Positions 19,354 through 28,712 of a DNA stretch of 59,238 nt are shown here, piece by piece. The stretch's first letter is position 1. Every line of letters starts with the position of its first letter. A program made the position numbers and the translations under genes. The notes below the pieces were generated by a model. That model was not told where the DNA came from. It saw only the letters and a list, made by a program, of their open reading frames with translations, and ran no database searches. Source of the stretch: Pseudomonas phage 5371; the sequence record PQ758388.1, one strand, 5' to 3'.

Positions 19354-20131
19354 GATCGGTGATCCTTTTGTCGCAGTTGTGCTGTTTCATGGTGCAGCGG
19401 CAGAACCTGTCGGGAACCGCGAAGGTGATGCGGGACAGGTCCATGCATTTGTCGGTGATGTGTTCAGGCGAGTTGTAGCCGCCCTGACCGCCGCAGATGA
19501 TCCAGGCCGGAACCTTGGCGGCGATGCTGGCCGGAACAATCCAGCCGATGCCGCCAATCACGGCATCTGCGTGCTGGAGCAGCGCCAGCAGTTGTTCAAC
19601 CGGAAGTTCGCCCTTGTGGAACTGGATGTCAGCCGGCGGAAGTGGATCGAGCGCCCACTCCTTTCCCGGCTCCAGGTCCGCCACGGAAACCACTTTCCAG
19701 CCCCTGCGGCGCATCTCTTCGGCAGCGCTGGCGATGTACTCAGGCAGTGGGTTGCGCGTGTCTGCACGCCACTCAGCGCGAACCGTGGCTGGGCGAACCA
19801 GCACATAGCGGCCATTGACCGGCGACGGGCCGAAGTCAGGCAAATCGAACGCACCGGGCTCGCACCGGAAAGCTTGTCGCAAGCCCTGGATGATCGGCAT
19901 CTGTCCGTATGCGATTCGTAATTGTCCACCACCGAAAGGCTTGTGCCACTGCGCCGGGCGCTGGACGTTCTTCGCTTGCGTGCGGAGTTGGGTGATTGGA
20001 CGCACGCATTTCACATCGATGTCTGAATAGAGTTGCGGCCATGGCGTTTCGAGATAGGCGCCCTGGTGTTTCTTCACGAACGCGCGCGCGTAGATATTGT
20101 CACCAAGGCCAAGCATTCCGCGGATAAACAA
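19304..20131 (-). CDS. GT-B glycosyltransferase, GT9 (heptosyltransferase)-like, embedded in the head-tail operon
   Basis: N-terminal GMLGLGDNIYARAF; C-terminal LLALLQHADAVIGGIGWIVPASIAAKVPAWIICGG resembles the GT9 nucleotide-sugar binding region. Confidence 0.45.
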   Translation of the reverse strand: MFIRGMLGLGDNIYARAFVKKHQGAYLETPWPQLYSDIDVKCVRPITQLRTQAKNVQRPAQWHKPFGGGQLRIAYGQMPIIQGLRQAFRCEPGAFDLPDFGPSPVNGRYVLVRPATVRAEWRADTRNPLPEYIASAAEEMRRRGWKVVSVADLEPGKEWALDPLPPADIQFHKGELPVEQLLALLQHADAVIGGIGWIVPASIAAKVPAWIICGGQGGYNSPEHITDKCMDLSRITFAVPDRFCRCTMKQHNCDKRITDHDQRFAAWADRLPALV

Positions 20132-20139
20132 GCGACCTC

Positions 20140-20496
20140 CTAGCGTCCGTCCGTCAATCCATCAGAGCAGCGCAGTCTCCATTCGCGCCGAGCGGTGACA
20201 TCGGTCTCTGCGCTGGTGATGTTGTAGACTCGGCCATCCCAGAGGATGCGCCAGGTGTAGAGTTCCAACCGCTCAACGGGGAACCATCGACAATTGATCC
20301 TGGCAGTGGTCTCCGCCTGCGTAGCATCGGCAGCGATCAACTCGCGACCTGGTCCAGTCAGAACCTCGGCGGGAAGGTCGGCGCGACCGGAGAACAGAAC
20401 GGTCTCCCAGGTCGTCACCATTTCCCCTGTATCAGGGTCTTGTGTTTGGACCTGCCGCTGAAACTGAATGCGGTGGCGCATACGGTAGGCCAGCAT
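20140..20496 (-). CDS. head-tail joining / head closure protein
   Basis: 118 aa, position after the gp6-like connector. Confidence 0.5.
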   Translation of the reverse strand: MLAYRMRHRIQFQRQVQTQDPDTGEMVTTWETVLFSGRADLPAEVLTGPGRELIAADATQAETTARINCRWFPVERLELYTWRILWDGRVYNITSAETDVTARREWRLRCSDGLTDGR

Positions 20497-20817
20497 TCAA
20501 ACCCCCAAGCCGCATCGGTACGGCATCAGCTTCACCTCGGCCGCCTTACGCAGCGTCGCGATTTCATCGGGAGCAGCCTGATAGCTGGCCTGAAGTAACA
20601 GAAGCACTCCGATGACCACGCTAGGCGGAAGGCCCGGCTCGCTACTGACAGCCTCACTACTCTCTTCGCAGTTGCAAAGGCCATCAAGGGACTGGCGCCA
20701 CATGAACTGGCAGGCCTCGTCCTCCGCTCCATCAAGCAGCAACTGGAGCTTGGCGTCATCCCAATCGTGGATCACATCAAGAAAGGACTTTGCCGTATCA
20801 AGCGGGATCAGGCTCAT
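20497..20817 (-). CDS. gp6-like head-tail connector protein
   Basis: MSLIPLDTAKSFLDVIHDWDDAKLQLLLDGAEDEA is the gp6-like N-terminus. Confidence 0.6.
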   Translation of the reverse strand: MSLIPLDTAKSFLDVIHDWDDAKLQLLLDGAEDEACQFMWRQSLDGLCNCEESSEAVSSEPGLPPSVVIGVLLLLQASYQAAPDEIATLRKAAEVKLMPYRCGLGV

Positions 20818-21394
20818 TCAGCGCGTCCTCCAGCGGTCTACGCGCGAAACAGGTAAGCGCCGTTTCGCGTGTGCAATTGATGATTTCTATCCCAGGGTTC
20901 TTGCGCTTCAGGTTTTCGAACTCTACCGGCCACTCGGATATCTTCCCTGCACTACCCAGTCCTCTGGGGTGATCACCATGCCAGTGAGACATCCCACCAG
21001 TTTTCTGCATGTCGTAGCCGAGAAGGATGATTCGCTTGGCGCCCCTGGCTATGGCCAAAGAAACTGCGCCGCCGCCTGAGTTTCTGTAGTGCTCGATGCG
21101 TGCCGTCTTGATGCCGAATGGATTGGCGCTGAGCGTCAGAAGCTCACCGCAGAAGTTTGCTTTAGCCTCGGCGGCGTATCTCTCCCACCAGACTTTATCC
21201 ATTGCCCACAGCGCATCAGCCCAGGGAGTCAGTCGGAACGTTGTGTTCGTGCAGATGGCCGCCCTCTGCGGCGAGGAGTTCCGCCACTCTCGGACTCGTT
21301 CGCAGTCTTCTGCTGTGAGGCTGGGGCCGCTTGCGATGCAGACGGCGACTCGCCAGCCACAGGCTTTGGGATCTCTGATTCCACAATCTGGCAA
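20798..21394 (-). CDS. hypothetical protein, possibly Maf/MptE-like (DUF115) Rossmann protein
   Basis: VAVCIASGPSL... then RIILLGYDMQ motif recalled from the DUF115/Maf glycosylation-associated family. Inference only. Overlaps 21229-21522. Confidence 0.3.
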   Translation of the reverse strand: MPDCGIRDPKACGWRVAVCIASGPSLTAEDCERVREWRNSSPQRAAICTNTTFRLTPWADALWAMDKVWWERYAAEAKANFCGELLTLSANPFGIKTARIEHYRNSGGGAVSLAIARGAKRIILLGYDMQKTGGMSHWHGDHPRGLGSAGKISEWPVEFENLKRKNPGIEIINCTRETALTCFARRPLEDALNEPDPA

Positions 21395-21522
21395 AGTCCG
21401 CGCGCCACCAACTGGCGAGCCAGGTGCTCGGATGCGAGGTATGCATCACCACCAGCCTTTCTCACACGACCGCCATCCAGGTATGAACGAACCGGCTTGA
21501 TCATTACGTCAGACATAATCAC
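21229..21522 (-). CDS. hypothetical small protein after the capsid gene; C-terminal low-complexity part may be overprinted
   Basis: ORF immediately downstream of the major capsid gene; overlaps 20798-21394 by about 165 nt. Confidence 0.25.
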   Translation of the reverse strand: MIMSDVMIKPVRSYLDGGRVRKAGGDAYLASEHLARQLVARGLCQIVESEIPKPVAGESPSASQAAPASQQKTANESESGGTPRRRGRPSARTQRSD

Positions 21523-21561
21523 CTCAAAGAAAGAGGGGGCCGGGAGACCGGCCCCTTCCAG

Positions 21562-22749
21562 TCAGCTGGCGGTCAGCGAACCAGTCACGAAAGCCTCGGG
21601 GCGATAGACCGCGAAGGCCAGCCGCTCCTCAGCGCGGATAGTGACCATGTTGTTCTCGAAGTCCTTGTCGTTCTCGGTGGAAACCAAAACCTCGATGTCC
21701 ATGCGGTCGAATATCTGGGCGCCGAGCGAGAAAGCTCCGGTCAGGAACTCGTCCTGAGTGATGGCCTGGGTTTCCACCACCGGCAGACGCCAGAGGGTCG
21801 GAGTGGTGCCGTTCTGCGGGCTGCCGATGATGTAGCGGTTCTCGGCGTCCTTGGTCAGCTCGATCAGCGCCCAGTCGATGGGGTTGAGCACGATACCGCT
21901 GGCCGGGAACTCGGCCAGTTGCGCCTGAAGGATCGCCAGGCGGATGCGGTCGATTCGCTGCTCGGCAGTCACCACTACGCCGCTCGGCGGAGCGTAGGCC
22001 TGTGCCTGCGGAATGATGCCGTGCAGATTGGCACCGGTTCCGTTTCCGTAGAGCAGTTGACCTTCTTCGACCAACATCAGGCCGTAACGAGCGCGCGCAT
22101 CGATGTAGCTCTGCAAGGCCGATGCGTCGTCCAGGATCTGGCGACTTGCCTTGAACAAGTGGGCGATGGTGCGAACCGGCGCGTTTTCCAGCTCGAAGGT
22201 CAGGTCCGAGTACGGCTTCTGGGTGCCTTCCGAAACAGGAGCGGCATTGTTGACGAAGCCGGTCTCGCGAACGTACTCGACGGAGTTCGATTCAGTGGTG
22301 CCCGGCGCAACCAGGTCGCGGATGGTCAGTCGACGCTGCGGAGCGGCAACGACACCGGGGCGACGATCAGGAGCAACCAGGGCACCGCCAGAGCTGTCGA
22401 TGGAGGTGATGGCCGAGCGCGGCATGGATACGCGATGCGAACCGCGCAGGGAGCTGGTTACACCCTGCTCTTTCAGGCTCTCTGCGACCATTTGGCCGGC
22501 GGTCTTCGGTGCTTCCTCGCCGCCGTCACGCTTCTCGTTGGCCAGCATGGCTTGTTCTGCGGCGCTCAGCCGTGCTTGCAGTTCGCCCTGAGCGGTCAGC
22601 AGTTCGTCGACCTTGGCTCGGGTTTCCTTGTTCATCTCGCCGAAGTTGGCGATTTGGGTGTTGACCTGTTCGGCCTGGGCCTTGATCTGATCGCCGACCT
22701 GCTTGAGGCTGGTGTTCAGTTCGCCGATTTGTTTCTCGAAGTCGCTCAT
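21562..22749 (-). CDS. major capsid protein, HK97 family
   Basis: 395 aa with N-terminal delta-domain-like coiled coil (MSDFEKQIGELNTSLKQVGDQIKAQAEQVN...) followed by an HK97-type fold; follows the protease. Confidence 0.85.
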   Translation of the reverse strand: MSDFEKQIGELNTSLKQVGDQIKAQAEQVNTQIANFGEMNKETRAKVDELLTAQGELQARLSAAEQAMLANEKRDGGEEAPKTAGQMVAESLKEQGVTSSLRGSHRVSMPRSAITSIDSSGGALVAPDRRPGVVAAPQRRLTIRDLVAPGTTESNSVEYVRETGFVNNAAPVSEGTQKPYSDLTFELENAPVRTIAHLFKASRQILDDASALQSYIDARARYGLMLVEEGQLLYGNGTGANLHGIIPQAQAYAPPSGVVVTAEQRIDRIRLAILQAQLAEFPASGIVLNPIDWALIELTKDAENRYIIGSPQNGTTPTLWRLPVVETQAITQDEFLTGAFSLGAQIFDRMDIEVLVSTENDKDFENNMVTIRAEERLAFAVYRPEAFVTGSLTAS

Positions 22750-23636
22750 TGCGATTCTCCTTGGAGGAATTTAGTGATGTCTTGTGCTGCCCGTAGTGCA
22801 GCGGAGAGGTCAGGAGCGACAGCGCCAGGCATATCGGTCGGGGTGTCACCACCCCCGCCAGCAGCGCCAAGCATGCTGGTCTTGAAGTCATTGATGAGTT
22901 CATTGCGCTGGCTTCGCGGCATGCCGCTGCGAGCCAGAGCGGCATCCATCCGGCGCTTGGCCAAGATGGCTTCACTGCGGTTGCTCGGCGCACTGGAGAT
23001 CTCGTCGGATTCCAGGAAGGCATCTGCCCACCCCTTGTCGACGGCTTCGCGCCCGCCGATCCAGGTCTCGGCGTCCATCTGCTTCACGATGTCGTCGATA
23101 TCGATGCCGGTGCGCTGCGCGTAAATGTCAGCCAGCGTCATGTCGAATGGCTCCAGCCAGTCGGCGATCTCACGCAGGTCGTTCCGATTGCCCATGGCGA
23201 TCAGCCAGGCGTTGTGGATCATCAGGAAGGCGGCGCGGCCAATGCGGATTTCATCCCCTGCCATGGCGATAAAGGAGGCGGCAGAGGCAGCCAATCCGAT
23301 GATGTTCACCGAGACCTTGCCCTTGTGCTCGCGCAGCAGGTTGTAAATCGCCAGCCCCTCGAACACGTCGCCGCCCGGACTATTGATATTCACGGTCACA
23401 TCGACATCGCCGCCGATGGCGCGCAGCGCACCGGCAATGCGTTTCGCGGTTACGCCCTCGCCGGTCCACCAGTCATAACCGATGGGCTCGTAGATGGTGA
23501 TGGTGGTGTCGGGGTTATCGCCGGACGCGGCGCGAAGCTCAGGACGCCATGCATCCAGCGCTTTTGGCGCCAGGTCGCACTGGACGCCCGAGCGCGGGCG
23601 AGCCTCCGGCGCTGCCGGAAGATTTCGCAGAGTCAT
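22746..23636 (-). CDS. prohead maturation protease, ClpP/S14 family
   Basis: TIYEPIGYDWWTGEGV...NINSPGGDVFEGLAIYN...AASAASFIAMAG. Confidence 0.8.
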   Translation of the reverse strand: MTLRNLPAAPEARPRSGVQCDLAPKALDAWRPELRAASGDNPDTTITIYEPIGYDWWTGEGVTAKRIAGALRAIGGDVDVTVNINSPGGDVFEGLAIYNLLREHKGKVSVNIIGLAASAASFIAMAGDEIRIGRAAFLMIHNAWLIAMGNRNDLREIADWLEPFDMTLADIYAQRTGIDIDDIVKQMDAETWIGGREAVDKGWADAFLESDEISSAPSNRSEAILAKRRMDAALARSGMPRSQRNELINDFKTSMLGAAGGGGDTPTDMPGAVAPDLSAALRAAQDITKFLQGESQ

Positions 23637-23639
23637 GGG

Positions 23640-24944
23640 TTACTCCTGTGGTTCTGGCTGGCTGAGCCAGTTCATGAGTGCGGCGCGAACCGCCTGGCTC
23701 TCATTGGATTGACCGAGTTGGTCGAGGGGGACAAGGTTGGATTGCACAGTCAGGATGTCGCCGCCGGGAAGCTCTGGAAGGTTCTCTTTCCGGCGACCTT
23801 CATTGCGAGTCATGAATCCGTTTTGCGCCATGGTGCTGTACCAGGCAGCGCGACCCGCGCTATCAGCTTTCAGGAATCCCTCAAGGGAAAACTCGGCGTA
23901 ATAGCGAATCCGCTCGGGCGCAGTTAGCAGCCGCTTGTTGACGCACTGCTGAATCTGATTGGTGATCGAACTGATCGAGAATGTCAGGAACGCGAGCATC
24001 TGCTGTTCAAGCCCGGTCCCCCAGTTACTCCCTTTGTCGGTCTGACCAATCATCCAGGGCGGAACCCCGAACCATCTGCAAATCTCGATCACTCCATGCT
24101 CTCGCGTCTCCAGCAACTGAGCATCGACTGGGTTGATGCCGATAGTCTCAGGGGTAATACCCTGCTCCAGTACAGGGGACCTCCCAGCGTTCATAGCGCC
24201 AGATATGGACTTCACGTACTCCCTGAACTCCTCCCTCTGCGCAGGCTGGAGAATGCGGTCGACCTTGAATGCGACCGTGGGGAGCAGTCCGTTCTTGAAT
24301 GTGCCGTTGGCGGCATCCTCCGCCGACATGACCGAACCGAAGACATCGACGCCATACCGGATGGCAGAGAGACCGACTCTGCCATCCAGCGTGAACGCCG
24401 GGATGTGCAGCATGTTTGTGCGCTCGATCTCTCTACGGGCACCCTTCTTTGGCGTGTAGAAGTACTTCAGCCGACCGTTGTCATCACACTCCAGGTCGAC
24501 CCTCGATGGAAGCAGGAAGTCCAGCGCAGCAGGCCTACCGGCAGCACGACGAATCTCCGCGTATGCGTTCCCCCAAAGCAACATCGATGCGACCATGGCT
24601 TGCCAGAACTGGAAGGCCGTCATGTCGTCATTGGGGCTGTTGTGAACAACATCGTAGAGCGGGAACGACCGAGCATCGACTCTGCTCCCGTCCGCTTTCC
24701 GCTCGTACACTCCAAGCGGCAGGCCGGCGACAGAAGTAGAGATCAAGCGAACGCAAGCCCATACCGCGGACAGCTTCATTGCCTTGTCGACAGTGACCTT
24801 CTTCCCGCTCGAGGACTCTCGCCCCAAGAACTGCGACCAGAACGCGCCATCTGTCAGGCGGATGGTCTTATCCCCCCAACCGAACAATGAAGACCTGGGC
24901 GCAGACGTAGCACTGCTCAGGACTTTTCCGAGACTCTTACTCAC
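23640..24944 (-). CDS. portal protein, HK97 family
   Basis: 434 aa between TerL and the protease; GTG start. Confidence 0.8.
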   Translation of the reverse strand: MSKSLGKVLSSATSAPRSSLFGWGDKTIRLTDGAFWSQFLGRESSSGKKVTVDKAMKLSAVWACVRLISTSVAGLPLGVYERKADGSRVDARSFPLYDVVHNSPNDDMTAFQFWQAMVASMLLWGNAYAEIRRAAGRPAALDFLLPSRVDLECDDNGRLKYFYTPKKGARREIERTNMLHIPAFTLDGRVGLSAIRYGVDVFGSVMSAEDAANGTFKNGLLPTVAFKVDRILQPAQREEFREYVKSISGAMNAGRSPVLEQGITPETIGINPVDAQLLETREHGVIEICRWFGVPPWMIGQTDKGSNWGTGLEQQMLAFLTFSISSITNQIQQCVNKRLLTAPERIRYYAEFSLEGFLKADSAGRAAWYSTMAQNGFMTRNEGRRKENLPELPGGDILTVQSNLVPLDQLGQSNESQAVRAALMNWLSQPEPQE

Positions 24945-25101
24945 TGGTCAGCCCCTTGCGAATGAACGCCGCGATAGCGAATGCTGACGCTGCACCGGAA
25001 ATGAGCGCCCAGCCGAGCCCCAGCAGCACAAAGGTTCCGGCTACGAAAAGAGCCAGACCAAGGACGCCGAAGAAGAGGTAGAGGCCAGTTGCGATGTTCA
25101 T
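24937..25101 (-). CDS. small two-TM membrane protein (54 aa), not in the supplied ORF track
   Basis: ATG overlaps the TerL stop (ATGA); MNIATGLYLFFGVLGLALFVAGTFVLLGLGWALISGAASAFAIAAFIRKGLTSE. Confidence 0.25.
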   Translation of the reverse strand: MNIATGLYLFFGVLGLALFVAGTFVLLGLGWALISGAASAFAIAAFIRKGLTSE

Positions 25102-26789
25102 GCGATGATGGGATTCCGTATGGCGTTCATGAAGTCGTCGCCGTCATCAACTCCGGCAACCAGGGCGCGCCCCATAGCCATGATCAAGGTCACTGGACCG
25201 TCGATCTTGCAGTTGGGGTCGTTGTCGTTTTCCTTGCGCGGGTAGATGTTTTCCTTGGCATCGATCTTTGCCGCCACATTTCCCATCATCCAGGTCATGA
25301 CTGGGTTTCCGTCATGCCAGAGCGTCCGCGCTATCACCCTCGCCTCCACCTCCTTCATCGGGTCGCTCATGTTCTTGACCGTCTGGTTGAAGTCCACGAC
25401 CGGGATTGAGGTGTTCGAGAGGCGTGTAATCAGGTAGTTGGCCTGCCAGTCGTCGAAGGCGGCATCCTGCAGGTCGATCTGTTTTGCTAGGTCAAGGATG
25501 TCTGCCTCGATAAAGGCGTAGTCCGTCATGCTCCCTGGCGTCAGGATCAGGTGACCTTCAAGTGCGAAGTTCTGATACTTCTCGTTTTCCTCAGCGGCGG
25601 CCTCTGGAGCGTAGAAGCGCGGAATGCAGTAGAACTGACCAGCTTTCTCGAACAGCATTACCAGGGCGGCCACGTCTTTCTTGCTGGCAAGGTCCAAAGC
25701 CATCCAGCAGCGACATCCGGCCATGTCCGCAATCGTGAAGTCGCGCTTCTGCCGCTGCCAGGCCAGCATGTTCATCCAGACCGTCCTAGCCCCCACCCAC
25801 TGGTTCAGATGCTTGGTGCGGAAGGCGTTCTGCTTCGACGCCGAACGCTTGGCCTGCTGGAGCTGGGCCAGGAGGAAGTCAGGGAATACCGACACTCCGT
25901 AATTCGGATTGGCCTTGATCAGGCTGGCCGGGTCATCCCACGGATCATCCTCGTCGATCGTGTAGATGATCCCGAAGATCGTCTCATCGATCGTCTGCCC
26001 CTCGAGAATGCGGATCACGTCCCTGCGCTTCTCGTAACATGGGCCGCCGAGATTCGACCCCGCCGTCGTAATGATCGAAAGCAATGGCTGCTCCCGCGCA
26101 CCCATGCCTGTCTGCATGGTATCCACCAAGGCGTCTGTGTCGTGTTCGTGGTACTCGTCCACCAGAGACGCATGGGGGCTGGCTCCATCCCCGGGGTTTC
26201 CGATCACCGTCTCGAACTTCGACATGTCCTCCATGACGAACATGGGGCCAGGGTTCTTCTGGTTGCCAGAAAGCTCGATGCCGAACCGGTTGCGCAGATT
26301 CTCCAGCTTGTGCGCCATCATCCAGGCCGGGCGAAATACCTCGAATGCCTGCTTCTCGGTGGTAGCGCCGGAGTAGACCTCGGCCCCCGACTCGCCATCT
26401 GCGGCGAATAGGTAAATGCCTCGTGCGGCAAGACGGGCCGACTTCCCGTTCTTCCTGGGAATCTCTTCGTAGGCCTCGCGGAACCTGCGCTTGCCGGTGT
26501 CCTTCTTCACCCAGCCGAAGATGTTGGCCTCGATGAATACCTGCCAAGGCTCGAACACTAGCTTCGACTTCGAAGCGCTCCATTTGCCTTTGGTGTGAGG
26601 CATGAGCTGCATGAACTTGACAGCACGATCTGCCTTGGCCTCATCGAAAACGTATGGCCAATCGTCATCGCCCTGGCGGTCCAAGTCATTCAGAAAGCGC
26701 TGGCATGCAAGCTTCACATACCGGCACGCAACGATAGCCCCACCCACGACATCGCTAGCGTACTGTCGCGCAATGTCGCTGGGGGTCAT
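25098..26789 (-). CDS. terminase large subunit
   Basis: 563 aa; N-terminal ATPase and C-terminal nuclease-like regions; adjacent to portal. Confidence 0.8.
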   Translation of the reverse strand: MTPSDIARQYASDVVGGAIVACRYVKLACQRFLNDLDRQGDDDWPYVFDEAKADRAVKFMQLMPHTKGKWSASKSKLVFEPWQVFIEANIFGWVKKDTGKRRFREAYEEIPRKNGKSARLAARGIYLFAADGESGAEVYSGATTEKQAFEVFRPAWMMAHKLENLRNRFGIELSGNQKNPGPMFVMEDMSKFETVIGNPGDGASPHASLVDEYHEHDTDALVDTMQTGMGAREQPLLSIITTAGSNLGGPCYEKRRDVIRILEGQTIDETIFGIIYTIDEDDPWDDPASLIKANPNYGVSVFPDFLLAQLQQAKRSASKQNAFRTKHLNQWVGARTVWMNMLAWQRQKRDFTIADMAGCRCWMALDLASKKDVAALVMLFEKAGQFYCIPRFYAPEAAAEENEKYQNFALEGHLILTPGSMTDYAFIEADILDLAKQIDLQDAAFDDWQANYLITRLSNTSIPVVDFNQTVKNMSDPMKEVEARVIARTLWHDGNPVMTWMMGNVAAKIDAKENIYPRKENDNDPNCKIDGPVTLIMAMGRALVAGVDDGDDFMNAIRNPIIA

Positions 26790-26790
26790 C

Positions 26791-27171
26791 TCAGAAATCC
26801 TCGAACTCGTCCTTCTCCTTCGGCTTTTCCAGGCCGAACTTCTGGCGGTCGGACGGCGTTAGTCCAAGCCGGGCCAGGTTTCCGATCAGGTGGGTGTACT
26901 TGCCAACCGCGAACTCTGTCGGGTTGGCACGGTATTCAGCGAGCAGGTTGGCCGTCACTTCCAGGATGATCCGGTCCGATCCCGTCAGAACGCCCTTGAT
27001 CGACTGAGCGCACAACTCTTTCCATGCGAGACGAGCAGGGCCTTGCAGATGGATGGGCGCTTCTCCGACATCCCCCTCGCCCTTTGCCGGCTCCTGCCGG
27101 TAGCGCTGGGGGTTTTTCTTGTCGGCGCCTTTGAACTTGGCGACGACATCCGGCTGTTTGTGTCGTGCCAT
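26791..27171 (-). CDS. terminase small subunit (P27-family-like)
   Basis: 126 aa directly upstream of TerL. Confidence 0.6.
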   Translation of the reverse strand: MARHKQPDVVAKFKGADKKNPQRYRQEPAKGEGDVGEAPIHLQGPARLAWKELCAQSIKGVLTGSDRIILEVTANLLAEYRANPTEFAVGKYTHLIGNLARLGLTPSDRQKFGLEKPKEKDEFEDF

Positions 27172-27179
27172 CTTGAAAC

Positions 27180-27380
27180 CTAAATTCTGTGGAAATGGAA
27201 AGTGCTTTGGTGGCGCGGTGTCCTAACGAAAAGTTCTAAGGTTTTGACCAGCCCCACCCCTATAAATGAGAATTTTTCTCATTAAACTAGATTTTTCGGC
27301 AAAAACGCACGAAGACAGCGAAAGCCACTGCCTTCATTCGTAAATATCTCGATATCGTCGTGTCCGCGCGCTGAGAGAAC
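27180..27380. other. AT-rich cos/packaging-site candidate with perfect palindrome AATGAGAA-TTT-TTCTCATT (27265-27283)
   Basis: Lowest-GC intergenic stretch in the window; immediately upstream of terS and next to an HNH endonuclease gene. Confidence 0.3.
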
Positions 27381-27384
27381 CCGA

Positions 27385-27801
27385 CTATTTCCTAGATGCC
27401 GCCGACTCCCTCGCCGTCTTCCTCGCATGACATGGGTAGCCAGCAATAGCCATCAGGTTGGCGTCATCGTCTGTTCCGCCCTGGCTCAGCGGGATGATGT
27501 GATCCACCTCTGTGGCGATCCTCTTCATTCCCTTGCACTCTGGGCACTGGCACATGTAGCCATCTCGCTTGAGGATGCGCTCACGTTTGCGGCGCCATGG
27601 CCTGCCACCACGTCCGTTCCCCCATGCCCTGTCCTCTACCTCGTGCTTGGTCACTCCCCTGGCCTTGGGCTTGGTGTGACGCTGAGGGAGGTCAGGCACT
27701 TCCGGATACCTGATTGCCGGCCCCCTGAGCCGGCGGGTTCCAGCCTTGCCGCCTAGCTTGTGCCGGTCTGAGGAACGAGAGCTTGCCGCCTTGCCATTCA
27801 T
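27385..27801 (-). CDS. HNH endonuclease, terminase-associated
   Basis: CQCPECKG...VDHIIPLSQGGTDDDANLMAIAGYPCHARKT. Confidence 0.65.
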   Translation of the reverse strand: MNGKAASSRSSDRHKLGGKAGTRRLRGPAIRYPEVPDLPQRHTKPKARGVTKHEVEDRAWGNGRGGRPWRRKRERILKRDGYMCQCPECKGMKRIATEVDHIIPLSQGGTDDDANLMAIAGYPCHARKTARESAASRK

Positions 27802-27948
27802 CAGGATGGAGCGCCAGCAGCCCGGAGCGCAGCAGAGGCTCGAGAACCTTCATGGCACTCACCACCTCACCGCTGTACCCGGCAATGTCATCAGGTGCCC
27901 AGGGACGATTGGGGTTGACCTCGACTCCTGCGGGGATCGGGTGACTCT

Positions 27949-28200
27949 TCATGAGGGCTTTCCTTCATCAGACATCCCGATGAGCTTCGCGACCATCAGG
28001 GCTTCGGCGAAATCATTTGCGTTGGCATCTCGCCAACGGGATAGCCCGCATACGTGATAGATCAGTTCCCGACCAGGGAGCGGGCTTTCGGGGCGCTCTA
28101 TCTTGTAGCGAACCTGAACAACCAGTTTGCCAAACCAGCCGCGGCGCACCCGGACAGAAGCTATCTGGGTTTCCCTGGCGGACCCCATAAATACCGACAT
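27949..28200 (-). CDS. hypothetical protein
   Basis: ORF only. Confidence 0.3.
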   Translation of the reverse strand: MSVFMGSARETQIASVRVRRGWFGKLVVQVRYKIERPESPLPGRELIYHVCGLSRWRDANANDFAEALMVAKLIGMSDEGKPS

Positions 28201-28448
28201 CAGATCGGCTCTCCACTCAGGTAGCTGGTCGGCACGGCGTCAGGATCCTCGCCATCTTCGGCCAGAGCCTGGATCAGAAGGTGCAATAGCTGATTGGTCT
28301 TGCGCTGCTCATCGAGGAGATCGCGCAGGAGGAGTCGAACCTCTTCCTCGGACTCAGTCATCGCTTGCTCCGGGTCGCTTCGGCTTGGCGGCCATAGCAG
28401 AGGCCGCGCGTTCCATCGCGACCCGAGCCCACTTCTTTGCCCATTCAC
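28200..28448 (-). CDS. hypothetical acidic protein
   Basis: ORF only. Confidence 0.3.
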   Translation of the reverse strand: MNGQRSGLGSRWNARPLLWPPSRSDPEQAMTESEEEVRLLLRDLLDEQRKTNQLLHLLIQALAEDGEDPDAVPTSYLSGEPI

Positions 28449-28478
28449 GCGTCTTGTTGCAGAAGGTGCACTTGGTCA

Positions 28479-28712
28479 TCATCTGCTCCTTCCCTTAATT
28501 GTCTCAAGATACGCATCGTATGAGATGCGCGACTCCATCTCTTCGCCGCAGAGCCTCACCCGCTTGTTAACGAGTGCGAACGTGACCGTGACGGTTGGGA
28601 TAGGGCCGTCGTTGCTGACGCTCAACGAAAGCTGTCCAGGGAGCGGCTTCCCGTTGCTGTCACACAAAATCAGGCTCGTGCCTGTGTTCTTCAGTAGAAG
28701 CGGAGCATCCAT
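28479..28712 (-). CDS. hypothetical protein; start taken at MDAPLL
   Basis: The internal Met start abuts the stop of the upstream holin-like gene. Confidence 0.3.
   Translation of the reverse strand: MDAPLLLKNTGTSLILCDSNGKPLPGQLSLSVSNDGPIPTVTVTFALVNKRVRLCGEEMESRISYDAYLETIKGRSR

Noticed and set aside
21919-23124. 401-aa plus-strand ORF spanning the capsid and protease genes
   Set aside because: Antisense to two strongly supported structural genes. High-GC frame artefact.
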